Source: Clostridia bacterium (GTDB lineage Bacteria; Bacillota; Clostridia; UBA1212; DUPL01). From it: DNA of 64,000 bases. Shown here piece after piece: positions 62,918 through 64,000 of the stretch. The number at the start of each line of letters is the position of its first letter. Within the stretch, counting starts at the first letter, position 1. The position numbers and the translations under genes are program-made. The DNA lies in contig JBMNIW010000012.1 of NCBI GenBank assembly GCA_050951325.1, forward strand, positions 128,001 to 192,000, in the 5' to 3' direction. Under the pieces are notes generated by a model. The model was not told the origin of the DNA and searched no databases. It saw only the letters and a list, made by a program, of their open reading frames with translations.

Positions 62918-64000
62918 TTTCTTCTACCTCCCTTTTTGAAAGCAATAACTATAACCACGACCACAGCAATAACTACAGCAATTATTGGGATTATATAAAT
63001 ATAGCTGCCTGATCCTTTATCTTTACTGTCAGAGTTTTTAGGTGTACCTTCTCCAGGTTTAATTGATGCAGTTTTATCAGGTATTGCAGGAGTAGCTGTC
63101 GGTTCAGGAGTTTTGTAAATCTCATTAACATCAGTTAACTTAGATACACATGCACCACCCCAACAGGACATATCTCCCATGATGTTGTCACCTGCATTTG
63201 TAACTTCCAGCCTTAGGACTTTTGCATCCGTCACATCCACCTGAATGAATTGCGGATCAAGCCAGTTGCCATTCTCGTCAGTCGCTTTGATAATCTCACT
63301 TTCATATTTAAGAACGTCGTCGCAATATACCTTGCATACTATGGTACCCATGGTTAAATCCGCCGACATGGAGTAGCAGATTCCTATGTACGAATTAAAT
63401 GTTTTGAATCCAAGACCTTCAATATCAACTTCCACAAAAGCGTTTGAGGCACCGGACACTGCATGGAACGATATGCCTTTTTCGTAGTAATTCAAATTGA
63501 TATACAGTTCTTCACCTGCAATATTTTCATCAAGACCTAACGTATCTCTGTATGCATTAAAGTTCCGTATAACCATATCACTTAGATATACCGTGGTTTT
63601 GTTCTTGAACTCTGGATTCTGAGTTGGGACAGGGGTAGGTTCCGGTGTGGGTTCGGGAGTCTTTTGCTGAGGGATGTCAGATTCACTATTTAGTAGACGG
63701 GCATCAGCCCAAGCAGTAGCATCACAGTAAATTGTGTCTCCGCCATCCAATGTTACAAGTTTTAGTTCCTTTGCCCCTTTTATATCGACTATAAAGACAT
63801 ATGTGTCGGGATAGGCAAGCTCTCCGCTGTCTGCTTTTAGTACACCATCGACATATACCTGCATTTGCACTTTTGTGCCCCTGATTCCAGAATCTCCGCC
63901 AACCTGATAACCTGCTGAAGCATCCTTTCCACCGACTGCATAGAATATCGAGTATCCAAGACCTTCGATGTTGTATGTAAGTTCACTTGGACCTTCATAT
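62914..64000 (-). CDS. Multi-NPCBM surface protein with Pro/Thr linkers and a C-terminal TM helix; starts beyond the right edge
   Basis: Frame open to 63999 (YEGPSELTYNIEGLGY...); VYLSDM, YEKGISFHA, TPEPTPEPTP. Confidence 0.8.
   Translation of the reverse strand, partial: YEGPSELTYNIEGLGYSIFYAVGGKDASAGYQVGGDSGIRGTKVQMQVYVDGVLKADSGELAYPDTYVFIVDIKGAKELKLVTLDGGDTIYCDATAWADARLLNSESDIPQQKTPEPTPEPTPVPTQNPEFKNKTTVYLSDMVIRNFNAYRDTLGLDENIAGEELYINLNYYEKGISFHAVSGASNAFVEVDIEGLGFKTFNSYIGICYSMSADLTMGTIVCKVYCDDVLKYESEIIKATDENGNWLDPQFIQVDVTDAKVLRLEVTNAGDNIMGDMSCWGGACVSKLTDVNEIYKTPEPTATPAIPDKTASIKPGEGTPKNSDSKDKGSGSYIYIIPIIAVVIAVVVVIVIAFKKGGRRK

Overview
Chromosomal window from a low-GC, endospore-forming Firmicute, most likely Clostridia (spoIIR, spoIID, spoIIQ-like, gerKA/KB/KC, gerM, cotA, Ku/ligase). 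Most genes lie on the minus strand. From left to right it holds two paralogous hypothetical genes, a uronate-catabolism block (GH105-CBM32, kduI, 5-ketogluconate/KduD-type reductase), and an orphan cpsD-cpsB-loaP module. A LytTR two-component pair sits upstream of a secreted ricin-lectin operon. Next come tRNA-Ser(GCT), MATE, a phosphatase, GH109-like oxidoreductases, a Tyr-specific T-box in front of an acyl-CoA ligase, folC and cotA. The middle carries germination and NHEJ genes, ddl-murI, and an ArgRS-like protein with no catalytic domain. A RAYT/aldolase/BNR cassette separates spoIID from spoIIQ, followed by nadABC. A nested IS cluster (two IS1634 remnants, IS30, IS21) at 52.5-57.9 kb precedes an accessory block of NPCBM surface proteins. 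About ten genes carry frameshifts, probably from uncorrected sequencing indels. No CRISPR array, rRNA or prophage was seen. Best leads: the Tyr T-box/CoA-ligase salvage unit, the mini-ArgRS paralogue, the LytTR-controlled lectin/pseudo-peptidase operon, and the symmetric architecture of the IS cluster. All family calls come from motif recognition by eye, not database searches.
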